A stretch of 59,896 nt of DNA, taken from Octopus bimaculoides (Eukaryota). Positions 14,151-28,686 of the stretch are shown here, in pieces. The position numbers were made by a program, and so were the translations under genes. A model generated the notes under the pieces. The model saw only the letters and a list, made by a program, of their open reading frames with translations. It was not told the DNA's origin and did not search any database. The DNA is taken from the NCBI RefSeq assembly GCF_001194135.2, contig NC_068992.1, positions 46,931,038 to 46,990,933 on the forward strand. The letters are read 5' to 3'. Position 1 is the stretch's first letter. Every line of letters begins with the position of its first letter.

Positions 14151-14295
14151 CGACATAGAAATTACATTTCGTTGTGAAGTGAGAGCAAGTAAGACGGTTT
14201 ATGCGTTCCGTCAAAGTCTTGAATATTCGTCGATGAATAGTTAAAGATGTATTTTAAGTGAGCGCACAATTCTTGTCATTACAATAAAGTAAAAT

Positions 14296-14357
14296 GATTC
14301 GCTAAAAGTACTTAAGCCACAGGTGGATGCCTGTCGCTTCAGTACTTTTAGCGAATC
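14296..14357. other. 62-nt near-perfect inverted repeat (hairpin)
   Basis: GATTCGCTAAAAGTACT (14296-14312) is the exact reverse complement of AGTACTTTTAGCGAATC (14341-14357). The inner TAAGCCACAGGT/GCCTGTCGCTTC pairs with 2 mismatches around a 3-4 nt loop. Confidence 0.9.
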
Positions 14358-14966
14358 TCTCAGATGGACTCTTATACCAGTAAATGGAATAACTAACCAT
14401 CATACCAGTTACAGAGCCTTTCGTATACTCCCACGCAGTTTTTAAATCAAGTTTCACGTATACATAGCTATTGTCGACTCGAAACTATTGTGCAGAATAC
14501 ACTCTGGAAGGGGACCGCTTAATACTAAAATCGCGTGGTCACATAATTCCATGGCGAAAACCTTAGTCAAAAACGCACGGATGCATCTCGTTGGAACCAT
14601 TTTACTGTTGCTACGCAGTGAAACACCACCACGCGTTAACAAACCTAGACAACCAATAATGAAATTGTATTGAAATATACTGAATGTGATTAAGATAATT
14701 TCATTTAATTGATGTTAAAAACACAGAATGATAGATTTACGCAGGATTATTGGAGGGTTAACCAGGGACAATACTACAAGCACTGACCTGAAGGAAAGTG
14801 GATTCAAGTCAGTTGCAAAAGCTTTGTCAAAATAAATACAATAATTATCAGAAGATATGCTTCACCGACTCTGAAAGATGATTTGAGGATAAGAAAACAT
14901 TCAGAGAATTATCATATGCTATCACGTCCGTAGACACGACTCATATATATGCATATATACATATAC

Positions 14967-15013
<47 letters not shown>

Positions 15014-15458
15014 NNNNNNNNNNNNNNNNNNNNNNNNNNNNNNNNNNNNNNNNNNNNNNNNNNNNNNNNNNNNNNNNNNNNNNNNNNNNNNNNNNNNNNN
15101 NNNNNNNNNNNNNNNNNNNNNNNNNNNNNNNNNNNNNNNNNNNNNNNNNNNNNNNNNNNNNNNNNNNNNNNNNNNNNNNNNNNNNNNNNNNNNNNNNNNN
15201 NNNNNNNNNNNNNNNNNNNNNNNNNNNNNNNNNNNNNNNNNNNNNNNNNNNNNNNNNNNNNNNNNNNNNNNNNNNNNNNNNNNNNNNNNNNNNNNNNNNN
15301 NNNNNNNNNNNNNNNNNNNNNNNNNNNNNNNNNNNNNNNNNNNNNNNNNNNNNNNNNNNNNNNNNNNNNNNNNNNNNNNNNNNNNNNNNNNNNNNNNNNN
15401 NNNNNNNNNNNNNNNNNNNNNNNNNNNNNNNNNNNNNNNNNNNNNNNNNNNNNNNNNN

Positions 15459-15510
<52 letters not shown>

Positions 15511-17307
15511 GTGTATGTGTGCGTCTGCGTATATGTGTGTGCATGTGTGTGTATGTGCAAGACGGATGCATTAATGTGTATTTAATAGATCTAAGTAGGG
15601 CATCCATTTAATCAACACGTCATTAATAGGAAAATAAAACGAAAATCACAAAAGAAAAATAATGCTTAGTTTGAATTAGTGACGGAGAACAGAGAGATTG
15701 TATCAGATAGGTACGTCACATTCCCTTGGTACTTGTAGTTATGCGGAATATCTACTAATATGGAAAGTAAGCTGTAGTCAAGTGGAGAAAATATCCACGT
15801 AGCTACGTTGGAACTGGCAGAGATATTTGTGTACAGTCTATGAACATACTTCAACAATACCAGGGACATTTAGTTGAAATTATAGTCAAAACTTATAAAT
15901 AAATGCGCTCATTGAATAAAAGTTGTGGATAGCATTATCTTATATGTAAAAAGAAAGACGGACCTGGGTGATCGGTAAGTTTAGGATAAAATATCAAGAG
16001 ACGCCAACAGCTACACCCGAGTGAATGGTAGTTGATAGTATGTACCGGACATTCGCTAATAGTAGGTGCCTAAGTTGTCACGACCACACACACACATACA
16101 TAATTTTAAATGCGTATGTATACGTGTGCTTGTATGAGTGTTTGTGTGTGTGAAACACGGACCAAGGGACAGTTAAAGTTCGCATTGCGCGAAACAAAAT
16201 CCGAAGAATATTGAAATTCCACACAATATTAATTCTGGTTCCTTCAGTTCTAAGTTCAAACCCTGCCCTGAATATTAGGAAATCTGTACAAAATTGGTTT
16301 TAACAATTTTCGTTACCATCTTATTAACAACACCATCTGACAGTCATTGTGCACTCAAGTGTAACACGGTGATGCTCTTGGATTACTTTACTACTTGGAT
16401 TGCTTCGCTTATTGATTTACTTAACGTTTCCGTTCATTCATTGATTGAGACATGCCACAATTTCATCTCTGTGTATTGAAAAAATGATCTCCGCTGTGCG
16501 AATTTCACGAAATTCGCATCAACCAGCTTTCACAATAGTTCTATATTGACTCTTGTATTGCACTGCATTGCGCTGTTTTGTATTGTGTTTTATGAGATGT
16601 AGAACTACGTTAGACGTGCTATAGGCGGATTTGAAGTAAATGTGACTAATTGTATTTATACTTATTAATTATGGAAGTAATGATGTTTCTTCTTCATGGA
16701 ACAGCTGTTAAAAATAATTGAATTATGATGTATCTGTAAAATTTACGCTTTTTCACAATTTTATACTAAATATACAGGCGCGTGCAAGCACAAACACATA
16801 TACACACATGAAGGGTGTTAAAAGGTATAGCGCGAAACATTAGTACTGAGACCTAAAGTTGCGGTCAGATACGGCAATAATTAGGGTTTAAAACGATAAA
16901 TCTTTCGGAATCTTCTTGAACACAGGAGAGACCTTTATGAAGTAAATACAAGTATATTGAAAAAGGAAAAAAAAGAACTGCACTTATATCACCCGAGCTT
17001 GACGTAGAGGTTACGTCATGAAAAGATAAAGAAATGAATGTAGTCATATCTGTATCACTTTTGCGCCAAAAAGCACCTTCCAAAAGAAAGATATAGGATT
17101 CGTACAGACGTTGAAAGAGTAGTACTCCAGCATGGCCTAATTAGGCAATATTCGCACTGCAAACGCATACCTGCATGTGTTATGTGTGTATGTGTGTATA
17201 TCGGTATACACAGGTGCATACATGCACTTCCACCTCACACACGCATTCAATTACGATGTATGGTGTGTGTGTATGTATATATCTGAACACACACACACAT
17301 ACATATG

Positions 17308-17338
<31 letters not shown>

Positions 17339-17767
17339 NNNNNNNNNNNNNACACACACACACACACACACATATATATTTATATATATTCACACCATCA
17401 CGCTCTTACAAAGCTCTTTAGAAGGAAAAATATCACAGCCATAGATTTTTGTGATATATTACTTCTCTTTGCCATTTTTTTATAGAACAAGATACATCAA
17501 AAATGATGGTTGATTATTTCATTAGTTGCAATTGTTTGTGCTATTGTTGTCAATAGGTACATAATTGATAGTTGTACATTCCTTGTCAGTCTGCAGTGTT
17601 TGTAAAATTACTGTTTTCCATCAATGGAATCGGGAAAATCATTACGATATCTATATTTGTGGTTCCGTTCACTTCCTTCCGAAATGCAATTTGGTATCAA
17701 CTGATTGTAAGTGACAGTATTGGTTTAATATATTTATTTTTCTTTAATATTTTCGTTTTATTTGGTA

Positions 17768-17799
<32 letters not shown>

Positions 17800-20790
17800 T
17801 GTGTGTGTAAAGCGTTTTGGATCGGTATTTCATTAATTCTGTTAAGTATTGTGTTGTTTTTTTTTGTGCGAGTATGTGTGTATATATGGCGTATGCGTGT
17901 GTATGTAAATGCGTGTCATTTTATTTTTGTATTATACAAAATATTTAAAACAATGATATACAAATGGCTATATAAGGAAGATTACAGTACTGCTAGTGCT
18001 ATCATCTGTATATTAACGGCATTACATGTGGAGCTATTTGTTTGTGAAAGTTAAATAATTAGGCACGATGTGTATAGCGTTGAAAATGACAATGTCTGGT
18101 GTCCTCTTAAAAGGGAATGGATATATTTAATTCTTGAATGATACATTCTCTGTGAAATATAAAATAGTTCATCTCTCTTATTAAAAAGTTATACGTTTTT
18201 GTATACTGGGTGATTTTCTTGATTTTCCGACCAATATCATTTTCATTTAAGCAGACACAATGGATTCAATGTTCAAAACATGTTAAATATTATAGTGCCA
18301 TTTTACAACTAATGATTAACTTTTATAGAATCTTATATACTTGCATTTCATCTTCAAACACATAATTTATGAATATTTATCAAAATATAATTGTAATTTA
18401 AATTCCACTTGGTATACACTTTGTCTATAATTTTGTCAGATTTTGGAAATTGGTGCTTCTCATCCTTGCGGATCCATTCGCAACTATGAAATGAAATCTA
18501 TAGATAGTGAGCTTGAACGTCAAAAGTAACCACAAAATGAGTTTCGATACAAAGGTGCTGCAGCTGCTGTATCAGAATAAACAACTAACATCCACTGTGA
18601 CAGCAACAATAAATTCCAGTTGATCCATCTTTCAGTAGAGAAGGCATTCTATCGTGTGGGTTACTTTTGAACACGTATTGTGTTCACAGTTTATGGAAAG
18701 GTGGTGTTCTGAGTGGAAGGAAATTTCATTGGATTCAAGTTTGACGACTCACTGAAAACGATACAACGCTAATGATATAGACATGCAATATAAGATGAAT
18801 ATAATACGGCGTTAACAGTTTGATAGTAATGTCTTCGATCTGAAACAAACTAGTTTGCTGTTCAATTGTTAAGATAATAAAGGCTTACGAACGAATTATC
18901 CCGATATAAAGCAACCTGCTGGCAAGGGGATCGTCAAACTAAGCTATCACATTCATTGCAGCTTAGCAAACAAAACAATCGTAGAAGCGAACATTAATAA
19001 AGCTTGTTCAAATTCTTATCTCGTGACCGAATAAGTGTTGCAAAGTTTTCTTTGAATTTTATAATTTTAAATTGCTTAAACCGCTTGAAGTTAGTATTTA
19101 TTGATGTAAACTCAATGTCAGCAGAATCGTTGAAAAGGTCGATAGAATCGTCGTGTCACGTATGGAAACATCTAGCTTCGATTCAACGAGTCCTTGAATT
19201 ATAGCAAACAAGCTATATTTTGCTAATGAACGAAGCAGTGTGTCGTTTAAGAGAAGATCTGAGAGGAAGTTAGAAGGCAAAGTGATAGAGTGGAAAATAA
19301 TAAAATGGTATACATCAATAATTACGTTTAATTGGGGAATGAATGGTTGTGAGAAGAAAAGAGGAACGAAGAGAGATAAAGGAGATTAAAGGGGGATGTT
19401 AGCGAGGGGAAATGAAATATTACCGCAAAGACTTTCAACAACAATACAAAGAACAACAATAAAAGATCAACAGAAAGAATAGAAACAAAACAGAAACATA
19501 AAAGAAAAGAGCCAACAAAAGATGACACAAGAGCAAATGTAATAAAGAGAGGAAATAGTTAAATGAATGGCCATAGATGTAGAAGAAAGTCTTGCTAAAT
19601 TATTGAACCAACTGTAAATCCAAGAATTTTGAGATATCTTTATATTAAGATACGTATGTTAAATACACAACAGAATTTCTTTTGAAAATATACTTGCAGA
19701 ATAAAAGAAATCGTGGCTTTTCTTTTTCATTTTATATCTATCTGAGTATGTTGAATATGAAAATAAATTGTTGATTTGCACAAAACTTTTGGTGAAGATT
19801 CTTAACTAAAAGAAAATATAGGCCTGACTTGAATAACGAATATCTAAGACACTAGAACGCTAGCAATGATACGTAATGCTAGCTTCTCAGTATTCAAAAG
19901 ACAAGGACGAATCAATATTCCGAATAAATCATAATATATAGCACCGATGTATGAAAACTTTTTTCCTCTTCAAAACGTGAAATTAAAGGTTTTCACAATG
20001 AATACTAAATACACTACTATAATGAATTCAACAATACACTTCAGCTTTCAATATGCAAAATTATGGAAATCTACATTTCGTGTGTGGTTGCACTTGAAAT
20101 TTTGGGAATTATAGCTATGTTTCACAATGAATGAGAAGAATTAAACTGAAGTATTATTTCGAAATACTGAAATCCCTATAATTTATTATTTATATGTTTC
20201 TGCTCTTCCCTACCGGCTGTGAACTGAAGATTAGAATCAGTTCAATAATTAATGCTTATCTTTAGTTTCTATGTTAATGAAAAGAAAAGACACAGAACAC
20301 TAATTCGTTTTAGTAAAACAACCAGTTCAAATTACTAAGTCGCTTCTGTGCTTTGAACAATAAAATTGAGGTACCTCTCTACAGCTAATTTGGTGATGCT
20401 ACATATCTGAGAAATCTGTACTGTGTATCTAATTCAAAACGATAATGCAACGGTCCCTTTGTTATTTATGCAGTGCATTATAGTATCAACCATCGCCGAT
20501 TCTAATAATCCATAATAGAAACATTTCTTTTATGCAAATGAAACAAATACGTGTATTTACAGATTAGGCCAAAATGAAGTGCATCACACCCACATAGGGT
20601 TATCATATTCATATCTTAACATTCTGGCAATAGACTATTTGGGAAACACATCTGCTTAATAATGGTGATCTATCCTACTCAGCTCATCTCTATAGAAAAA
20701 AAAATCTGAAGCACTTCATCTCCATCGTAATGTATACCTTGACAAAAGAAAGGAAATAATGAAATTTCCTATGATAAAATAAACAAGAGT

Positions 20791-20843
<53 letters not shown>

Positions 20844-21444
20844 GGGAGCTAGGAATGATTGAATACCAATCTCTTATGATGTGACACAGATTCACAGATT
20901 TACAGCTGACATACAGCAAGCAATATTATGTTGAAGGTAATTTAAGAATTCAATTACGACTTTAAAGTAAAGCTTTAAAGAACTTATAAATATGAGCGAA
21001 TTAATCAATCATTACAGACATATTCTTAATGAATTGTTCATAAATAATTAGACATTCCTACATTTATTTTAATGACCCCCAAATGTGTATATCANNNNNN
21101 NNNNNNNNNNNNNNNNNNNNNNNNNNNNNNNNNNNNNNNNNNNNNNNNNNNNNNNNNNNNNNNNNNNNNNNNNNNNNNNNNNNNNNNNNNNNNNNNNNNN
21201 NNNNNNNNNNNNNNNNNNNNNNNNNNNNNNNNNNNNNNNNNNNNNNNNNNNNNNNNNNNNNNNNNNNNNNNNNNNNNNNNNNNNNNNNNNNNNNNNNNNN
21301 NNNNNNNNNNNNNNNNNNNNNNNNNNNNNNNNNNNNNNNNNNNNNNNNNNNNNNNNNNNNNNNNNNNNNNNNNNNNNNNNNNNNNNNNNNNNNNNNNNNN
21401 NNNNNNNNNNNNNNNNNNNNNNNNTATATATATATGTATATATA

Positions 21445-21497
<53 letters not shown>

Positions 21498-23260
21498 GCA
21501 TACCTAACTACCTACATACACAGACAGACAGACACACACACTAACAAACACATATATATGTATGTACATGCCTGTGTGAGTATGGGTGTGCATGAATGTG
21601 TAGGTGTATGAATATAAATGTATATATATTTATATATGTGTACATATATATTTATGCATATACACTGTGTACACATATATTGTGCGTTTATGTATATAAA
21701 TGTATGCACGTCTGTAAAGGTACATATTGTGTAAGTCTATATTCATTAGTTCATTAGAACTATTATTCTGCTCTTACCACCAATGCTATGCTAGAGCAGT
21801 GAGCTCAGGACATATATTAGAGTGTATGCGTTTGTATATTATATTACTGGACTATATTATATATTTCCTATATTATCTATTTATATTTTCTTACTTACTT
21901 TTGCTTTGCATTTTAAGCACATCTCACATTATACCATTACACATTCTCGAACTCACATACACACTAATACCTGTACATACTCCTATTCTCCCATTGTAAG
22001 CCTTACCCAGTTTTCCCTTACTAAATCCTTATTTTTCTCCCAGTGCATATTTATTAAATCCACGAAAAATATTACATATACTTATTTTAGATGCACCTTC
22101 TAGCAAAATCCCAAAATTTCCGTTTAGATTATTTTCAACACATGATTTTCCACTGACGTTTTCATATTTTTGCAGTCATTTCAATTCACATGTAAATAAC
22201 AATTATAATCAGCTATTTAGATGCATCAGCTTACCACACATTACATATTTGCTATATTAATATATTAAATTATATTAATTAACATTATGAACTTCAATAG
22301 CTTACAAGTATTTCTGCTATGACATACAGTGGATTCATAGTTGCTTGCTGAATACAGGTTATATATTCAAGGATGAAGCAACAAGTTGTTATTGAAGTAA
22401 TAATCTATGAGTCCATCATATATCAGAAACAGCTGTAAGCAAATGGTGTCCATAAGATTATCATTTATTCTTTCGTCACCTTATTTTCTTATCACCGCTC
22501 TTTAAACGTTTAACACTTCATTCTGAAGCACATGCATATTGAGTTCTACACCAGGTTATTAGTCTCACAATGCCTAATTGAAATATTACAATTTTTGTAT
22601 GATTTAGGTGACACTCCCTGACGCACGGAAGCATTACTTTCCGTGGTATCTTAATAATATAGCTACACAACATCACTATTCTCTTTCGTTTCACTAATCA
22701 CAACCTAATTTTTTTGAAACAGCTTCTATTATGCGAGAATTACATTCAGTTCCCTTTCTCTATTTCTTATATCTTTGATAAAATGAATGCAAAGAATATG
22801 TATTCTGCAGCTAACTGAAATAGTATACGCTCAGTTCATACTCAACTATCACACCGCCATATTTTGTTTCCATTTACATAAATCTCTTACGTATTTTGTT
22901 TTTTTGTGAGTAGTCATATTAGACCTATTAAAGCATCTTTTACTAAATGAACGTTTGCAAAATCTCAGAATGAAGAGAAATACTTTCTCGCACTTCGTTT
23001 TTATAACATAACATATCACTTTATATCCAATATTGAGACTAAGCATCGCGTAAGCCTTTGAAAGGATTTGATTCCATTTCGATAAGAAATTCGTTCTACA
23101 TTTAATGTAATTATGAACATTCTACCCATCTTAGCCTTTATTTGTTTTAAAATCTTCCTGCTAGTTTCGTCAATATTAAATTGTTCCGGATTAAATCTCC
23201 CCCAAATGTGCATATTCAGTTATATATCCATTCCTGTGTGTATATACATAATAGTGCGCG

Positions 23261-23300
<40 letters not shown>

Positions 23301-23380
23301 TAAACACACACACACACGCTCAGATACCGGTCTATCTATCTATCTATCTATCTATCTACATACATATATACATACATACA

Positions 23381-23458
<78 letters not shown>

Positions 23459-24551
23459 ATAGAGATACCGTTCGTTTGAAAAGTTTTCATTTGAAGATGG
23501 CGACAGAAAAGCAATTTACTGGCAATAAATTTCAGAGGTTGCATGTAATGAATACCAAGCTTCGGTGTGTAAATAATATAATTGACGACTTGACGGAAGC
23601 CGTATAACATTGAAGTGGCTGGATAGATTTGTCACGTGAGCAATTGCCTCTTATATCAGAGGCAATACTAACATCAGGAGGATGATAAAAATTAGAGATG
23701 GTATAGAAAGTGATGGTTTTTGTTTAGAGTCGTTGTAAATTATTTCATTTTTAGTGCAGTATATATCTCTCCCTACACTACATGATTCTTTAAATTGAAG
23801 TGATCTAGATATTTTTTTATTTCATAACTTTCCTTCGTAATATGTTTCAAGAAATTGGGACAATGGGGATAACTAAATTTATAGATTATTTCTTTTAATA
23901 TTCTTACATATAAAATTTTGGATCTAGAAATGTCTTATGTTGCATATCTTGAGTAAAAAGTTACACTACAGTGGTTAACACTGGATACTAGCAGACATGA
24001 TACACGATTTCTAAGAGCGAACTTTAATGAACATAACTGATATACGAAGGATATAACTGAATTAACAACGCTCTCTCACTAATTTTCATGACATAACTGT
24101 GGCCATGCTGACGAAATAACTTCAATGATAAAGTCATATGTTTGGGTGCTGACAATTTGACTACAACTTAAGTTATTCGAAAAGCAAGCGTAACAGACAA
24201 GGTTGATTGGACAAGCGTTTGGATACAGAATGTAAAAGTGGGTATCCACGTTATACCAAGTATTCTATCTACATCACAATGACTGGCAATATTTAACTTG
24301 ACTTTAAGATTTTGTCAGATTCTCTGATGTTTGAATCCCTACACAGTGTATGGGGATCTGATATAGAAAGCGATGTGAATTTTATATCGATAGCGTTTGT
24401 AACCCAAGGTATAGTTATCAACCAATTCCCTCTGCTGGAATTACATACACACATACATACAGAGATATATCGCATACACATACATGTATGAATACATACG
24501 AACATACATATGGTAATACATACACACGCACAAACACGCATAAGCACATTC

Positions 24552-24596
<45 letters not shown>

Positions 24597-25246
24597 NNNN
24601 NNNNNNNNNNNNNNNNNNNNNNNNNNNNNNNNNNNNNNNNNNNNNNNNNNNNNNNNNNNNNNNNNNNNNNNNNNNNNNNNNNNNNNNNNNNNNNNNNNNN
24701 NNNNNNNNNNNNNNNNNNNNNNNNNNNNNNNNNNNNNNNNNNNNNNNNNNNNNNNNNNNNNNNNNNNNNNNNNNNNNNNNNNNNNNNNNNNNNNNNNNNN
24801 NNNNNNNNNNNNNNNNNNNNNNNNNNNNNNNNNNNNNNNNNNNNNNNNNNNNNNNNNNNNNNNNNNNNNNNNNNNNNNNNNNNNNNNNNNNNNNNNNNNN
24901 NNNNNNNNNNNNNNNNNNNNNNNNNNNNNNNNNNNNNNNNNNNNNNNNNNNNNNNNNNNNNNNNNNNNNNNNNNNNNNNNNNNNNNNNNNNNNNNNNNNN
25001 NNNNNNNNNNNNNNNNNNNNNNNNNNNNNNNNNNNNNNNNNNNNNNNNNNNNNNNNNNNNNNNNNNNNNNNNNNNNNNNNNNNNNNNNNNNNNNNNNNNN
25101 NNNNNNNNNNNNNNNNNNNNNNNNNNNNNNNNNNNNNNNNNNNNNNNNNNNNNNNNNNNNNNNNNNNNNNNNNNNNNNNNNNNNNNNNNNNNNNNNNNNN
25201 NNNNNNNNNNNNNNNNNNNNNNNNNNNNNNNNNNNNNNNNNNNNNN

Positions 25247-25316
<70 letters not shown>
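25247..25316. repeat. (AAT)n microsatellite
   Basis: Directly visible. Confidence 0.95.
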
Positions 25317-25317
<1 letters not shown>

Positions 25318-25400
25318 CCAGTTTGAGAAACATGTCAAAGAAATCGGAATTGACATGAGAACATAAATAGCTCAAAAAACCGCTGATAAGCCAGGATGTC
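25317..25400 (+). mobile_element. possible RLE-type (R4/Dong-like) LINE C-terminal fragment
   Basis: Translates FEKHVKEIGIDMRT*IAQKTA, similar to the ++.+G+.....+QK.A end of RLE LINE ORFs. It begins immediately after a TAA array. Confidence 0.4.
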
Positions 25401-26004
25401 GCCAAATGATACAGGTGTAGTATCCAAGTTTATTGCAGTTATACAAATAGTAACCGGCTTCGACAATTTCTAAATTATACATTTTCTTAATTTATATACA
25501 TCTGTATTATATATTCGCTTTTTTTGTGTTCACATATCAAAATCTTTTATTAGATTTTGATGATGTAATTGTTATTGTTACTGAAGCTGTCGCTGTGACT
25601 GTGAGCAATAAGCTGTTTATCATAATATATTGAATATTTCACGTTAATATTTAAATACATGACAAAAGCTAAAAACAAAAAAAGAGTGCAGGTGCATTAA
25701 TCTTATGTGCAGCGTACAATTTTAATGAGGTTTTAATTCAAATTTTAATGCAGTTTATCAATAATCTGGTTGTAAATTTTAATTGATCGAGTACGCTCCG
25801 ATGTGCACGCTGCAGATACAGTGGCTACCCGATATGAATGCAGCGAAGGAACGGCAGCGCACTGACGCAACTGCGACGAAAGTTTGACTGAAACCACCAA
25901 GACTAACGGCTTCAGGTAGCAACAGTATCTCTTCTAGACACAAATAATACACCAACATCATTGGTTTCAAAGTTTGGGTCACGGTCATCATTTTCGTGAG
26001 AAGA

Positions 26005-26172
26005 GATGAGTTGATTTCAATAAACTCAGCGCTCAAATGGTACATATTCAATCGACCACAAATAGGATGAAGAGCAAAATCCACCATGGCGGAATTTGAA
26101 CTCAGCACGTACAATCAGATAAATTGCTGCTAAGCGCTTTGTTTTGCGTGCTAATGAAGGTCAGCTCACCAT
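26005..26172 (-). mobile_element. family B SINE, decayed
   Basis: GGCGGAATTTGAACTCAG (B box, reverse), GCTAAGCG...GCGTGCTAA...CAGCTCACC. Confidence 0.75.
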
Positions 26173-26204
26173 TTTAATGCACCAATAATTTTAGTTTATA
26201 TTAT

Positions 26205-26396
26205 TTGGCACAAGGCCAGCAGTTTCGGTGCATGGGGAATCCATTTCATCGGCCCCAGAGTTCAACTGGTAATTATTTTAACGATTGAGAAAGGCTGAAA
26301 GGCAAATAATGAAAGGATGAAAGGCAAAGTCGACCTCACGAAATGCCTCTAAGCACTTCACCCGTTTTTCTAATGATTCAGCCAGCTCGCTGCCTT
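26205..26396 (-). mobile_element. family B SINE, decayed, with internal duplication
   Basis: GGCACAAGGCCAGCAGTTTCGG...AAAGGATGAAAGGCAAAGTCGACCTC...GATTCAGCCAGCTCGCTGCC. Confidence 0.75.
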
Positions 26397-28152
26397 TTTT
26401 CGTTTTTTTTTGTAATACTAATTATTGCAATAGTCAACGAAGTTTCACATCTTTAGTTCCTTTCATAACAGTTCAACAGGAGCGAAGTGACATCGAACCT
26501 AAGCAACACCCATATCACCAGTTGGCTAATGTTTTGCCGGAAGCGGGGATTAAACGAAAAACACTAAAAGACTTAGCCACACATACATGCATGCAGCCAC
26601 ACACACATTCACGCAGCCACGCACACATGCACAAAAACGCATGTAGGCACATACATGCACACAGTAACATGCGTTAGATTTATTGTTATGTGTTTCTTAG
26701 AACAACGCAATTACAAACTGACAATTTACTCAATGTGTAAATTTAGTTATATAAGTTTATTTTTGTCTTGTTTACCGAGTTATAGTTCTCTTTCAGTGCT
26801 TATGATTTCCCCAAAACTAGTGCTCAAAGACCAGTCACTAATAAATTTATTTTATAATATACTAAAATATGTATTAGATATGTTTAGTTCGGTTCTATTG
26901 CAAGTTAGTCGATCACTGCGTTATATGTTGGTAACACAATCTTATAAAGTTAATAACGCATTACCAAATTCTTAAGTATCATATTTCATATCTCTAGATA
27001 ACTTTATTTCGTTGTATATTATATCTTTTTCGATTACGTAACCAAACATTTGATGTACATATTTGTTTTAGTCAAATATGTATTCTCGTATATAATAATG
27101 TTCAAATGACATTTAGAAAGTTACAATGTATATTTACTATATTAGTAAAAATCGATAGTTCAAACTATCGATATTGTTTGTAATCTGTACAGATGTTTAG
27201 ATGTTAATAATAATACAAAGTTAGACATTTTTTAAAGAATTCGAAATTGAATTGAGTACAATTATTCAATACAAGCGATTTTAGTACCATAGGATACAGC
27301 AAACATGTCATAAAACCGAATTAAGAGAATTAATACATATAAAGGAATAATATTATGATAAATTTAATTGCACATATAACACCCCAATAATACAAAAATA
27401 TAACACCACAATTATGATAATAACCTAATAACATCTGCAAATTTAAAATATAACGCAAGTGAGCATACTTATAATTTCACTGTAGAACGAAGATTGAGAT
27501 TATGAGAGAAGAAAATAGACGTGAAACTTTTTACGAGAATACAGGAATTAGGAATTAGGAATACAGGAATTAGGAATTTATAGCAAAATATATAATGCAA
27601 TGATTTCGCAAATTAACGTAATTGTTCATAAATTATGGAAATAATGTGAATGTAAAAATATTTTAGCAGCGACAGAATAGTATCAGTAGTCGAAAGGAAA
27701 AGGAACAGTTTTACACAAAAATTTGTACACACATGCACACACATAACGGATTACTAAGGCTCCAAGGTTATAGCCGAGACAGTAGTTATGAAGCCAGGCA
27801 GTGAAACACGGAAAATGGAATATATTTCTATCCATAAGTGTAAGCGCATAAATGCAAAACAAGGGAAAAGGAAATTGTACTTGAATACCGAAGGTGGAGT
27901 AATATTTATCTTTTGAAGCTCAAAAACTGTTACTCAGAGTTTCCGTTCGTCGGACAGTCGCGATCATATTCATTGTATGATCACAACTGTCCAACGAACG
28001 CTAACATAAAACTGAGCAAGCGTTTGTGAAGACTTTTTCAGCTTCGATAAAAACTATGTCTGTGTGTTTATGTGTGTGTGTGTTCGTTTGCATGCAAGCG
28101 TGTTTTTGTGTGTGCGTGCGCGTATGTTTCTGTGTCTCATTGTGTGAGTGTG

Positions 28153-28203
<51 letters not shown>

Positions 28204-28208
28204 ATATG

Positions 28209-28239
<31 letters not shown>

Positions 28240-28609
28240 ATATANNNNNNNNNNNNNNNNNNNNNNNNNNNNNNNNNNNNNNNNNNNNNNNNNNNNNNNN
28301 NNNNNNNNNNNNNNNNNNNNNNNNNNNNNNNNNNNNNNNNNNNNNNNNNNNNNNNNNNNNNNNNNNNNNNNNNNNNNNNNNNNNNNNNNNNNNNNNNNNN
28401 NNNNNNNNNNNNNNNNNNNNNNNNNNNNNNNNNNNNNNNNNNNNNNNNNNNNNNNNNNNNNNNNNNNNNNNNNNNNNNNNNNNNNNNNNNNNNNNNNNNN
28501 NNNNNNNNNNNNNNNNATATGAGTTAATATTTATTGTTCGATAACTACTTCCTTTGGAACCTATAAAACTTGGATTTACGCCTAATTGAACTGTCAAAAA
28601 ATACGTCTG

Positions 28610-28643
28610 ACGGCAACGACGTCGACGACGACGACGACAACTG

Positions 28644-28686
<43 letters not shown>

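Noticed and set aside
23643-23666. 9-bp perfect hairpin ATTGCCTCT/AGAGGCAAT (also a 10-bp one at about 16497-16518)
   Set aside because: Stems of this length are expected occasionally by chance in 60 kb, and neither has a Helitron CTRR end or other context.
24290-24450. Region open on both strands near a gap
   Set aside because: Neither peptide is recognisable, it is short, and there is no supporting splice context.
27540-27580. AGGAATT tandem, superficially telomere-like
   Set aside because: It is not TTAGGG; just a short local 7-mer duplication.
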